64,000 bases of DNA from an uncultured Alphaproteobacteria bacterium (GCA_963731145.1 CAVSUX010000008.1:12843-76842), one strand, 5' to 3'; shown: positions 12,368 to 22,419, counted from the first letter of the stretch. Translations and numbers: made by a program. The notes: a model not told the origin generated them from the sequence alone.

Positions 12368-12540
12368 GGCAATTTCCTCTTAACCACGTTGCTCCGCCGT
12401 GAACGTGTGCAAGCGTGGTGCCAGTCCCCACGCCTTGGAGAACGATGCGGCAGAAATCTATCGTCTGACGCGTTGTGGCGATGCTGCATCGGGTCAGAAA
12501 TCTTGCCGCGGGCAACGTGAGAACCGCGCGCTGACAGCTT

Positions 12541-13656
12541 CTAGAGCAGATGGCCGCCGCGGATCGCCTTGGTGCGCAGATAGCGCTCGTTATGCTCGTT
12601 CGCCGGAAAGGCGTGCGGCACGCGCTCGACCACATCGATGCCGCATTGCGCGAGCGCCGCGACCTTCTCGGGATTGTTGGTCAGGAGCCGCACCTTGTTG
12701 AAGCCCAATTGCTTGAGCATCGCCGCCGCCGGGAGATAGACGCGCTCATCGGCATCGAAGCCCAAGAGCTCGTTGGCGTCGATCGTATCGAAGCCGGCAT
12801 CCTGCAGCTCGTAGGCGCGCAGCTTGTTGGCGAGGCCGATGCCGCGGCCTTCTTGCGAGAGATAGAGCACCGCGCCGCCGCCGCTCTTCGCGATCTCGGC
12901 GATCGCGCCGCGCAGCTGGTCGCCGCAATCGCAGCGCAGGCTGCCGAGCAGATCGCCGGTGAAGCATTCGGAATGGAGCCGCACCAGCACCGGCTGCGCC
13001 GGATCGGGATCGCCGATGACGATCGCGATATGACCGACACCGCCGTCGCGCGGCCGGAAATGCACGAGCCGCGTATTCTCCGCATCCGCCAGCGGCACGC
13101 GCGCCTCGCTGACGATCTCCATGCTGTGCGAGGCTTCGGCTTCGTAAGCGAAGATATCGTCGGCCGCGACGGCAAGCACATCTTCGCTCTTGGCGATGCG
13201 CTTCGCCGCGGCCGGTGTCAGCGAGACGATGACCGCCGCCGGCAAAAGCCGCGTCAGCTTCACCAGCTCGATCGCCGCATCGACGAGGCGATCGCCATCG
13301 GGTGCCGCGACGCCGAGACCCGCGACGGCCGCGCCGGGATCGGCGAGCGTATGGACGAAATGCGGTTGCGTATCGCGCGGCAGCGCCAGCACGCTCGAGC
13401 CGCGCGGCTCGCTCGGCATCGCGGTAAGGCCGAGCGCGGCGGCACGGCGGCGGGTAAGAGCGAGCGATAGCTTGCCGCGGCCCAACGCCGCGAGTTGCGC
13501 AAGGCTCGCGGTGGTCGCGGTCTCGGCCGCTTGCAACGCCAGCGCCGCGCTATCGCCTTCGACGATCGCGATCAGGCCGCGGCGCAGATCGCCGATCACG
13601 CGATCAACTCGACGCAGCAAATGCGTGTCCTTGGGTTCGGGCTCGGAAATACTCAA
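12541..13656 (-). CDS. GTP cyclohydrolase II (RibA-type) with a roughly 170-aa N-terminal extension
   Basis: The C-terminal half has RibA motifs (RLHSECFTGDLLGSLRCDCGDQL, SQEGRGIGLANKLRAYELQDAGFDTIDAN). I took the TTG at 13656, which overlaps the upstream stop. An ATG at 13701 is an alternative. The 552-aa ORF extension beyond that is read-through. Confidence 0.85.
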   Translation of the reverse strand: MSISEPEPKDTHLLRRVDRVIGDLRRGLIAIVEGDSAALALQAAETATTASLAQLAALGRGKLSLALTRRRAAALGLTAMPSEPRGSSVLALPRDTQPHFVHTLADPGAAVAGLGVAAPDGDRLVDAAIELVKLTRLLPAAVIVSLTPAAAKRIAKSEDVLAVAADDIFAYEAEASHSMEIVSEARVPLADAENTRLVHFRPRDGGVGHIAIVIGDPDPAQPVLVRLHSECFTGDLLGSLRCDCGDQLRGAIAEIAKSGGGAVLYLSQEGRGIGLANKLRAYELQDAGFDTIDANELLGFDADERVYLPAAAMLKQLGFNKVRLLTNNPEKVAALAQCGIDVVERVPHAFPANEHNERYLRTKAIRGGHLL

Positions 13657-14255
13657 ACCACCGCCTCTTTTTTCTCGCCGGCACGGCGCGCCAACAGCCA
13701 TGCCGCGTCGACCGCAAAGGAATAGACCAGCACCGCGAATGCGGCGAGGCAAAGCGGGCTCGCCAATTCGGACGGCACGCTCGGCACCACGGCCAGGATC
13801 AGCGCCGCTATTTGTGCAACGCAGATGGCCTGGCGGCGCTTTCTCGGCGGCAAGGGCGCCGCCAAAGCCGGCCAAACCCAGCTTCCTCCGACAAAGATAT
13901 AGCGCATCAGGCCGATTGCCAGTACCCAGGGCCCCGCCTGATCGCAGAGCCAGACGAGAAGACTGAGCCCAAGCACCGTCGCAGCATCGGTTTCCATATC
14001 GAAACGCGCACCGAAAGCACTTTCCTGTCGCAGCCGCCGCGCCAGACAGCCATCGACGCCATCGAGCGCCAGCGCGCCCAGCGCGCCCACGACCCAGAAC
14101 CAGCGCAATGTCGGACCCGGCAAGTACCCCGCCGTCAGCGCCCACACTCCGTAGCCAAGGAGACACGCGGCATAAACGGCGCGGGCGGCGGTTACCCAAT
14201 TCCCGGCGCCGAAGGGCTGCGGGATCGTTGCTCGCGAAAAATTGTTTCTACTCAA
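13653..14255 (-). CDS. CDP-alcohol phosphatidyltransferase family protein
   Basis: Intact 200-aa hydrophobic ORF with the family motif DGVDGCLARRLRQESAFGARFDMETDA (DG..AR..G...D...D). Its stop overlaps the start of the GTP cyclohydrolase II gene. Confidence 0.8.
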   Translation of the reverse strand: MSRNNFSRATIPQPFGAGNWVTAARAVYAACLLGYGVWALTAGYLPGPTLRWFWVVGALGALALDGVDGCLARRLRQESAFGARFDMETDAATVLGLSLLVWLCDQAGPWVLAIGLMRYIFVGGSWVWPALAAPLPPRKRRQAICVAQIAALILAVVPSVPSELASPLCLAAFAVLVYSFAVDAAWLLARRAGEKKEAVV

Positions 14256-14433
14256 TGACCAATCCCTGCCTCATTATGCGTTGTTCGGGGAAGCCTTAGC
14301 ATGGCCGCGGAAGGAGACATAAGAGGGCGCAGCGAAGCGCAGTGGCGAGCAGTGCTCGCCAACCGGCGCGGCGCACCGCTCGGCAGTATCGGCGCGGGCG
14401 AGACTCGAGGCGCTCTATGGCCCGCTTTGCGCC

Positions 14434-15078
14434 GTGGCGCCGGGGCAGAGCTTCGCCGTGGCGCATCTGGCACAAAGCCTCGACGGCAAGATCGCGGCGA
14501 CGAACGGTGCGTCGCGCTGGATTTCGGGCGAGGACGATCTTTGCCATACCCATCGCATGCGCGCCCTGGCGGACGCCGTTGTCGTCGGTGCCGATACGGT
14601 GTTGCATGACGATCCTATGCTGACGGTGCGGCGCTGCAGCGGCACGCATCCAGTACGTGTCGTCATTGATCCCGAACGGAAGCTCGAGGCACATCACAAG
14701 CTGTTTACCGACCGCAGCGCGCGCACGATCGTGATCGCGTCCGCCGACCGGCATAACGGCGACGCCGCGCCGGATGTCGAGACGATCCTGCTGCCGCGGA
14801 CGGATTCGGTAATTGCACCGAAGGCGATCCGCGCCGCGCTCGCCGCGCGCGGGCTCTATTGGCTCTTCATCGAAGGCGGCGGCGTCACGATCTCGAACTT
14901 CCTGCGCGAAGGGTGCCTCGACCGGCTGCAGATCACGGTCGCGCCCGTCATTCTCGGCTCGGGCCGGCCGAGCATCACCTTGCCGCCGATCAGCGAGCCG
15001 GGTCTTGGCCTGCGCCCGCCGATCCGCCGCCTGTCGCTCGGCGCCGACATGCTCTTCGAGTGCATCTTCGGCCTTTGA
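14434..15078 (+). CDS. RibD C-terminal-domain (pyrimidine reductase / DHFR-like) family protein
   Basis: HLAQSLDGKIA, RMRALADAVVVGADTVLHDDPMLTVR and FIEGGGVTISNFL are typical of the RibD reductase domain. No deaminase domain is present. It may extend to 14301 through a frame switch near 14400. Confidence 0.75.
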   Translation: MAPGQSFAVAHLAQSLDGKIAATNGASRWISGEDDLCHTHRMRALADAVVVGADTVLHDDPMLTVRRCSGTHPVRVVIDPERKLEAHHKLFTDRSARTIVIASADRHNGDAAPDVETILLPRTDSVIAPKAIRAALAARGLYWLFIEGGGVTISNFLREGCLDRLQITVAPVILGSGRPSITLPPISEPGLGLRPPIRRLSLGADMLFECIFGL

Positions 15079-15093
15079 GATGAGCGATGCCCG

Positions 15094-16077
15094 ATGAGCG
15101 ATGAAGTGGGGCGCGCTTTCTGGCTCGTCGCGCCCGGCCATGGCGAGATTCGCACCGCAGCACCTCCCTGCGCCCGGCGCGAACGACGTTCTGGTGCGCG
15201 CCGGCGCCAGCGCGATCAGCCGCGGCACCGAGAGCCTCGTCTTCCTGGGCCGCGTGCCGCCGAGCGAATATCAGACGATGCGCTGCCCGTTCCAGGAGGG
15301 CGAATTTCCCGGCGCCGGTGAAATACGGCTATGCCTCGGTCGGCATCGTCGAAGCGGGACAAGCGGCGCTGCGCGGCCGGCGCGTCTTCTGCCTTTATCC
15401 GCATCAGGATCTCTACGTCGTGCCGGCCGACGCCGTCGTGCCGGTGCCGGACGACGTGCCCGATGAGCGCGCGGCACTCGCCGCGAATATGGAGACCGCG
15501 CTCAACGCGATGTGGGATGCGGGACCGCGTCTCGGCGATCGCATCGCCGTTGTCGGCGCGCGGCGTCGTCGGCTGCTTCATCGCGTCGCTCGCCGCGAAA
15601 ATCCCGGGCACGCGAGTCGAGCTGATCGATATCGATCCGCGGCGCGAGCGCCTCGCCGCCGCGTTCGGCTGCCGCTTCGCCCTCGCCCGATGCGGCGACG
15701 CGGCGATTGCGATATCGTTTTCCATAGCAGCGCGCAGCGAGGCAGGTCTTGCGACGGCGCTGCGCCTCGCCGGTTTCGAGGCCAGGCTCATCGAGGTGAG
15801 CTGGTACGGCGACAAGCCCGTCGCCGTGCCGCTCGGCGAAGGCTTTCATCAGCGCCGCTTGCAATTGATCTCGTCGCAGGTCGGCGCCGTGGCGCAAGCA
15901 CGCCGCGCCCGCCGGACACACCGCGAGCGGCTGGGCTTGGCGCTGGCATTGCTCGCCGATCCGGTCTACGACCGGCTCATCACCGGGCACTGCACGCTCG
16001 ACGCGCTGCCGCAGCGCATGGCACAGCTCGCCGCCGCGCCGGATGGCGCGCTCGCCGAGATCGTCCTTTATCGCTGA
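15094..16077 (+). pseudogene. zinc-type / medium-chain dehydrogenase-reductase family protein, at least 3 frame switches
   Basis: Pieces in ORFs 15094-15321, 15101-15466, 15318-16700 and 15331-16077 ([28 protein letters not shown], a GVVG nucleotide-binding region). Confidence 0.7.
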
Positions 16078-16088
16078 GGTCTCGAGAT

Positions 16089-16494
16089 ATGTACACGCTT
16101 ACCGTCAGCGATCACGTGATGATCGCGCATAGCTTCGTCGGCGAGATTTTCGGTCCGGCGCAGCGCCTGCACGGCGCGACTTATGCGGTCGAGATGGAAG
16201 TGCGCCGCGACCGAGCTCGATGCCGACGGTCTCGTCTGCGATATCGGCAAGGCGCTCGACACGCTGAAAGTCGTGCTCGGCGAGATCAATTACCGCAATC
16301 TCGACGATCTGCCGGCATTCAAGGGCCGCAACACCACGACCGAATTCCTGGCCGGCGAGATTTTCCGCCGCCTCAAGACACGCGTCGCGGCGGGCGCGCT
16401 GGGCGACGGCACCGCGGGAGCGCTCACGGCGATGCGCATCACTCTGCGCGAATCGCCGGTCGCCTGGGCGGCGTTCGAGGGATCGTTGGTGTGA
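16089..16494 (+). pseudogene. 6-pyruvoyl-tetrahydropterin synthase / QueD-fold family protein, frame switch near 16205
   Basis: [16 protein letters not shown]...[13 protein letters not shown] is followed in another frame by [35 protein letters not shown]. The usual HGH motif reads HGA here. Confidence 0.75.
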
Positions 16495-17550
16495 AGCTCG
16501 CGCTGATCGTTCCCGGGCCGATCGATCAGGTCACCGGCGGCTATCTCTTCGCGCGCCGCATCGTCGATGGGCTGCGCGCGGGCGGCGACGATGTCACGGT
16601 GCGTCGAGCTCGCCGGCCAATTTCCCGAGGCGGATGCGACAGCGCGTCGAAGCAGCGGCACGCGCGCTCGCCGAATTGCCCGACGGCGCGATCGCGGTGA
16701 TCGACGGACTGGCCTGCTCAGGCTTCAGCGATTGTCTCGCCGAGGAAACGCCGCGGCTGCAAGCTCGATCGGCTTCGTCCATCACGCGCTCGCCGACGAG
16801 ACCGGATTGACGGTCGACGAGATCGCACGTTTTCGGGCAGCCGAGCGGCGTCTGCTGCCGTTGCTGCGCGGCGTCGTCTGCCCGAGCCCGAACACCGCCG
16901 ATGTGCTCATCGACTACGGCGTCGCGCCCGAACGCATCGCGGTCACGCCGCCCGGCACGACAAGAGCCGTATCCGCGCGCAAGCGCGAGAAATTCAGCCG
17001 CCCGCTCCGTCTGCTCTCCGTCGCCACCATCACGCCGCGCAAGGGCCATCGCTTGCTGATCGAGGCGCTCGCCGAGCATCGACCGCGAGACTTGGCGGCT
17101 TCGATTGCATCGGCAGCCTGACGCGCGATCCGATTGCGTCGCCGCGCTGCGCGCGCTGATCGCGCGCCATCGCCTCGAGACGAATGTCCGTCTGCTCGGC
17201 GAGCGTCAGCCGCGAGCAATTGCCGCTCGCCTATGACGAAGCCGATCTCTTCGTGCTGCCGTCGTTTCACGAAGGCTACGGCATGGCCTATCGCCGAGGC
17301 GCTTGCTTACGGTCTGCCGATCGTCGCGACCACCGCCGGCGCCATTCCCGACACCGTGCCGGAGAGCGCCGGGCTCCTCGTGCCGCCGGGCGATGTCGCC
17401 GCGCTGCGCGGCGCGCTCAGCCGCGCGATCACCGATCGCGAGCTGCTCGCGACACTGAACGAAGGCGCACGCCGCGCCGGCGCCGCGCTGCCCGATTGGC
17501 CGCAAGCCGTCGGGCAATGGCGCGACGCGGTGATGCGGCTCGCCGCATGA
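16491..17550 (+). pseudogene. group-1 (GT4-like) glycosyltransferase, many frame switches
   Basis: GTG start overlaps the preceding stop (GTGA). The C-terminal part has the typical EADLFVLPSFHEGYGMAY..EALAYGLPIVATTAGAIPD. Confidence 0.75.
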
Positions 17551-18451
17551 GCGAGCGCTTCGCGCTCGACTGGCTGACGGCTGCGCGAAAGCGCCGATCT
17601 CGCCGCGCGTAGCCCGACACTCGCACGTAGCTTCGCCGCCGCGCTGCCGGCGACACGGCCGCTGCGGCTCATCGATCTCGCCGCCGGCAGCGGCGCCAAT
17701 ACGCGCGCGCTGCTGCCGCGCATTTCCGGCGATCAGCATTGGCGCTTGATCGATCACGATCGCGATCTTCTCGCCGCGCAAGGCGAGGAATTCACGCTCT
17801 GGGCGCGGCGGCAGGGTTATCCGATCACCGCCGGCGGCGGCCGCGTGTCGATCGAGGCACGGCCGGCACATTGGCAGATCGAAGCGATGCCGCTCGATCT
17901 CGATCGCGATTTCGCGACGCTCGCGGAATTGGAATTCGACGGCATCACCGCCGCATCCTTCTTCGATCTCGTCTCGCAGGAATGGATCGAGCGCTTCGTC
18001 GCGCTGCTCGCCGATCGCGGCCCGTGCCGTTCCTCGCCGCGCTGACCGTCGATGGCCGGCGCGAATGGCGGCCGCGTCTCGATGACGATGCGCTGATCGC
18101 CGATGCCTTCGCCGCGCATCAGCGTCGCATCAAGGATTTCGGCCCGGCGCTCGGCGGCGCCGCGCCCGACACGATGGAAGCGTCGCTGCGGCGGAGCCGG
18201 ATTCCGCGTCGAGCGCGTCGCGAGCGATTGGCGGCTAGGTACTGGGCGATGAGGGACCGCGCGACGACATGCTGCTCGCCGCGCTGATCGCGGGCGAGGC
18301 CGGCGCCGCGCGCGAAGCGGCGCCCGACGCCGCCGACCGGATCGACGGCCTGGGAAAGGCGCGCCGCGCCCTTCTCGCCGAAGGGATTCTGAGCCTCACC
18401 GTCGGCCATTGCGACCTCTGGCCTTGCCTGCTTAAATACCGGCCGGCATGA
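17547..18451 (+). pseudogene. class I SAM-dependent methyltransferase, several frame switches
   Basis: ATG overlaps the glycosyltransferase stop (ATGA). Motif I-like LRLIDLAAGSGAN, with the remainder spread over at least 4 frames. Confidence 0.6.
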
Positions 18452-18480
18452 TCGCAAAAGACAAGCCGAGGAGGCATGAG

Positions 18481-18765
18481 ATGGCAAAAGCGATGTGGCA
18501 CGGCAAGGTGCTCGCCGAGAGCCCGAGCTTCGAGATCGTCGAAGGCAATGTCTATTTCCCGCCCGAGACGATCGACAAACGCTTTTTCAAGGACAGCGCG
18601 ACCACGACTCAGTGTCATTGGAAAGGCACGGCACACTATTTCACCGTCGCGATCGATGGCGCCGAGAATAAGGACGCGGCGTGGTATTATCCCGAGCCGC
18701 TGCCCGCTGCTGCGCAGATCAAGAACTACGTCGCCTTTTGGAAGGGCGTCGAGGTCGAGCGCTAG
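18481..18765 (+). CDS. DUF427 domain protein
   Basis: Intact small ORF with GGAGG 7 nt upstream. The sequence WHGKVLAESPSFEIVEGNVYFP...CHWKGTAHYF...AAWYYPEP resembles DUF427 as I recall it. Confidence 0.8.
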   Translation: MAKAMWHGKVLAESPSFEIVEGNVYFPPETIDKRFFKDSATTTQCHWKGTAHYFTVAIDGAENKDAAWYYPEPLPAAAQIKNYVAFWKGVEVER

Positions 18766-18841
18766 TGTGGCGGATTTGAAGTTCCTGCGGTGTCTGCGGC
18801 GGCGATTTTAGGAACTTCAGATCTATGTGCCACAACACTAG
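18762..18841. repeat. imperfect 80-bp palindromic element (terminator or REP-like)
   Basis: Perfect 10-bp arms TGAAGTTCCT (18777-18786) and AGGAACTTCA (18810-18819), nested in the outer arms CTAGTGTGGC and GCCACAACACTAG. Confidence 0.5.
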
Positions 18842-18902
18842 CCGGGGATAGGCGGCCGGACCGTGCCCTTATAAAGGGGCTGGCAGCAGAACAGGGAAGC
18901 AT

Positions 18903-19592
18903 ATGAGCTCAGGCCGCAAGATATTGATCATCGATGACGACGAAGCGCTGCGCCATTCGCTCGCCGAGCAGTTGCAACTGCATGAGGAATTCGCGGCCGC
19001 CGAAGCCGGCACCGGCGGCGAGGCGTTGGAATCGACCAAGGCGCAATATTTCGACGCGATCCTCTTGGATGTCGGGCTGCCCGATATGGATGGGCGCGAG
19101 CTCTGCCGCGTCATGCGGCGCAACGGCGTGCGCGCGCCGATCCTGATGCTGACCGGCGCCGATGGCGAGGCCGATACGATCCTCGGCCTCGATAGCGGCG
19201 CCAATGACTACATCACCAAGCCTTTCCGGCTGAACGTGCTGCTGGCGCGGCTGCGCGCGCAGCTCCGCCAGCACGAGGCATCGGAAGACGCCGTCTTCGC
19301 GATCGGCCCCTACACTTTCCGGCCGAGCGCCAAGACGCTGATCGACGACGCCAAGCGCCGCAAGGTGCGCCTCACCGAGAAAGAGACCGCGATCCTCAAA
19401 TATCTCTATCGCGCCGGCGAGAAGACGATCGGCCGCGCGATCCTTTTGAACGAGGTATGGGGCTATAATTCGGGCGTGACCACGCATACGCTCGAGACGC
19501 ATGTCTATCGCCTGCGCCAGAAGATCGAGCGCGATCCGGCGAAGGCCGAGATCCTCGTCACCGAGCCGGGCGGCTACCGCCTCGTGCCCTAG
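18903..19592 (+). CDS. OmpR-family response regulator, CenR-like
   Basis: Intact 229-aa ORF with receiver (IIDDDE, LDVGLPDMDG, KPF) and winged helix (THTLETHVYRLRQKIE...GGYRL). The CenR assignment is from memory of alphaproteobacterial orthologues. Confidence 0.8.
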   Translation: MSSGRKILIIDDDEALRHSLAEQLQLHEEFAAAEAGTGGEALESTKAQYFDAILLDVGLPDMDGRELCRVMRRNGVRAPILMLTGADGEADTILGLDSGANDYITKPFRLNVLLARLRAQLRQHEASEDAVFAIGPYTFRPSAKTLIDDAKRRKVRLTEKETAILKYLYRAGEKTIGRAILLNEVWGYNSGVTTHTLETHVYRLRQKIERDPAKAEILVTEPGGYRLVP

Positions 19593-19612
19593 GATCAGCC
19601 GAAGCCCCCCGT

Positions 19613-20095
19613 GTGAGCGCGCTCGACCTTCTCATCCGCCGTTTGATGTCGCAGCGCGCCAGCCTCGAGCGCGCCGCTTCGCTGATCACGCCGCTTCCCG
19701 GTCCGGCATTGCAGATCGGCTGGGGCGATGGCGTCGCCTATGATCATCTGCGCGAGATCCTGCGCCGCCGCGATCTCTTCGTTTTCGATACGGCGATCAC
19801 CGCGCCCGAAACCGCGGCGCCAAAGCCCGAGCACCGCATCATCGGCGATCCATCCGAGACCTTGCCGCAAGCCTGGGAGCGCTGGCGTCGCGAAGCGGCT
19901 TTCGCCTATTTGAATTTTCCGGCGACGGCCCGCGCCGCCGCGGAATGGCGCCGCTGCTCGCGCCCTTGCTACGGCCCGGCGCGATCGTCAGCGCCGAAGC
20001 AACAATCGAATTGCCCGGCTGGGAAGCGCTGCCCGCGCCCGAAGGCGCGCGCGATATGCGCGCGAGCATCTCTACCGCGTCGCGGGCTAAGCTAA
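19613..20095 (+). pseudogene. conserved hypothetical protein, at least 1 frame switch
   Basis: ORF 19613-20095 continues in ORF 19945-20373 (APLLAPLLRPGAIVSAEATIELPGWEALP). Family not recognised. Confidence 0.35.
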
Positions 20096-20126
20096 GGATC
20101 TGGTTGGAGCCAGAGACTCTTTCTAT

Positions 20127-20215
20127 CCTCATCCTGAGCTTGTCGAAGGACGCAAGATGGCTGCGTGCAACGTTGCATTCCCAGCACGAAGTCCTTCGAC
20201 AAGCTTGGGATGAGG
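20127..20215. repeat. REP/MITE-like inverted repeat
   Basis: Arms CCTCATCCTGAGCTTGTCGAAGGAC (20127-20151) and GTCCTTCGACAAGCTTGGGATGAGG (20191-20215), 2 mismatches over 25 bp, about 39-bp spacer. This is a sequence type common in Rhizobiales intergenic regions. Confidence 0.7.
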
Positions 20216-20251
20216 GTGAAAGCGGCGTCCTGGCCCCGAGTGGCCACCGCG

Positions 20252-21050
20252 CTATTCGTAAAGCCGGACCAGCACCGGCACGTGATCGGAGCAGAGCTGC
20301 CCAGTTGCGCGTGTCCTTATGGACCGCGGCGCCGGCGAGCCGATCCTTCAGTACCGGCGTGACCCAGATATGATCGAGGCGGCGGCCGCGATCCGAAGCG
20401 GCCCAATCGCGCGCGCGATAGCTCCACCAGGTGTAAAGCTTCTGCTCCGGCGGGATGAAATGGCGCACCGCGTCGACGAAGCTCGCCGATTCCTGCATGC
20501 GGTCGAATTTCTCGACCTCGACCGGCGTGTGGCTGACGACCTTCAATAATTGTTTGTGCGACCAGACATCGGTCTCCAGCGGCGCGACGTTGAGATCGCC
20601 GACCAGGATCATCGGCTTGTCGCTGGCGCGCTGGCCTTTAAACCAGCCCGCGATCTCGTCGAGGAAGCGCAGCTTATGCGCGAATTTCGGATTCTCTTCC
20701 GGATCGGGAATGTCGCCGCCCGCCGGCACATAGACATTGTGCAACTCGATACCGCCCGGCAGCTCGGCGATGATGTGACGGCAATCCTCCTTGCCGCACC
20801 AGCCTTCGTTCCGCGGCTTGTCGAGCGGCAGCTTCGAGAGGATGGCGACGCCGTTATAGCCCTTCATGCCATGAACGAGCATGTACGGAAAGCCCATCGC
20901 CTCGGCGGCTTCGCGCGGAAAGAATTCGTCCGGCGTCTTTGTTTCCTGCAGGCAGAAGACGTCGGGCTTCAGCTCGTCGACGACGCGCTTGACGAGATCG
21001 ATGCGCAGCCGCACCGAGTTGATGTTCCAGGTGACGAGGTTGAGAGCCAT
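20252..21050 (-). pseudogene. xthA: exodeoxyribonuclease III, frame switch near 20300
   Basis: N-terminus LVTWNINSVRLR...CLQETK. The expected C-terminus SDHVPVLVRLYE* is present in another frame and ends at 20252. The annotated 403-aa ORF is read-through across the REP. Confidence 0.9.
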
Positions 21051-21157
21051 GATGCGTCGGAAGAGATAGCAATTCCCGCCGGCGATTGCGACGCACCAGC
21101 GGTGATGGTCCTATTCCTCCATCGGGACGGCGGATCGGTGAACGAGCGGGACCGTGT

Positions 21158-22331
21158 TCAGGCGTTGAACCCCATCGCGTCGAGCTCCTCCTGGCGCAGC
21201 GCCTGAGGATCCGGCGTCCCGAACGGGGTCACGGGTTGTCCGGCAGCAAGCAATTCCAGCTCGCGTCGCCACATTCTGCGCAGCATCACCAGCGCAGCAT
21301 CCGATCGACCCAATTGTTCCCGCGAGCGGTCTTCGATCTTTCCTTGCCCGCAGATCGATACGCCGTCCTGAATACGGATGATGTTCGGGTGTTTCGCGAT
21401 GTCTTCCCACGTTTTTCGACCGGAAAGGATCGCCTCGATTTCCTCGTGGATCGGCGTGGCTTCGGGGCGCTCCCGCCGCTTCGTATGATAGACCATGATG
21501 AGAAAGTGCAGATGACTCTCGTCATCGATCGGCACGTACCAGAAGAGCGCCTTGAACCAGAACGGCTTGTCGTCTCGCGCCGAGCGCAGTTGGTGGGCGA
21601 GGAAGCACTGGTTCGGCATGGTGAAGTGAATTTTATCGGCGTGCTCGCCACGCTCTTGGAATTGCGTGAGCCCGAACGGCGTTTCCTCTGCCCAGGTTTT
21701 GGTCGGCACGAACGGCCGCGCCGCCGTGTTCACGAGGTGATCGCGATGCGCGAAGTTCACATGGACGTCGTCCATGATATTCTCCGCGCTCTGAAAATAG
21801 TTGCACGGGATCATTTCGGCTGACGCGGAGACCGTCCAGCCTTCGTGCGCGCCATCTTCCAGACCCGGCAGGGGACGAAAGGCGGGCGGCTCGCCTTCGC
21901 CGAAATAAGCGAAGATGAGGCCGTGCGCTTCGTGCGTGGGATAGGAGGCGAGTTTTTTGACGCGGTCGCAGAAAGGTTTCGGCTCGGCCGGTTGCTCGAC
22001 ACATTGTCCGGATCTCGTCGAAACGCCAGCCGTGATACCGGCAGCGAACGGTTTCCCCTTCGATCCAGCCGATGTGCAACCGGGTCAGTCGGTGCGGGCA
22101 CTCGTTGCTAATGACATGCGCCTTTCCGCTTTCGCCACGGTAGAGCGCCAGATCTTCGCTGAGGATCCGGATCGGCACGATCCTTCCCTGTGGGAGCTTC
22201 TCGGCAACGTAAACGGGTTGCCAGAAGCGGCGAAGGTATCGCCCGGCCAGCGTGCCCGGACCGGTGTGGACGAAGTCGAACTGTTCGACGCTCGGGGAAA
22301 GCTGGGCGCTCGAATCGCTGGTCGTCGTCAT
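21158..22331 (-). pseudogene. Rieske [2Fe-2S] oxygenase, alpha-subunit-like, at least 2 frame switches
   Basis: Rieske motif CPHRLTRLHIGWIEGETVRCRYHGWRF in ORF 21633-22424 (internal ATG 22331). The catalytic-domain part (DDVHVNFAHRDH) is in ORF 21158-21814. Confidence 0.8.
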
Positions 22332-22398
22332 TCTCCGCCTCCGGCACCGGTGACGAGCGCAACGCGTCCTGTGCGAACGGCCACGGCGCGGCACCGAG

Positions 22399-22419
22399 AT
22401 TGTTTGGTACCCCAACAAT
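22399..22419. promoter_or_regulatory. candidate operator palindrome upstream of the Rieske oxygenase gene
   Basis: ATTGTTGGGGTACCAAACAAT on the minus strand, with 8 of 10 arm positions pairing. It lies about 70-90 nt upstream of the ATG at 22331. Confidence 0.3.

Noticed and set aside
13657-14199. N-terminal 180-aa extension of the 552-aa ORF containing GTP cyclohydrolase II.
   Set aside because: It overlaps the CDP-alcohol phosphatidyltransferase gene in another frame and has an Arg/Gly-rich junk composition. A TTG start overlapping the upstream stop gives a sensible 372-aa protein.
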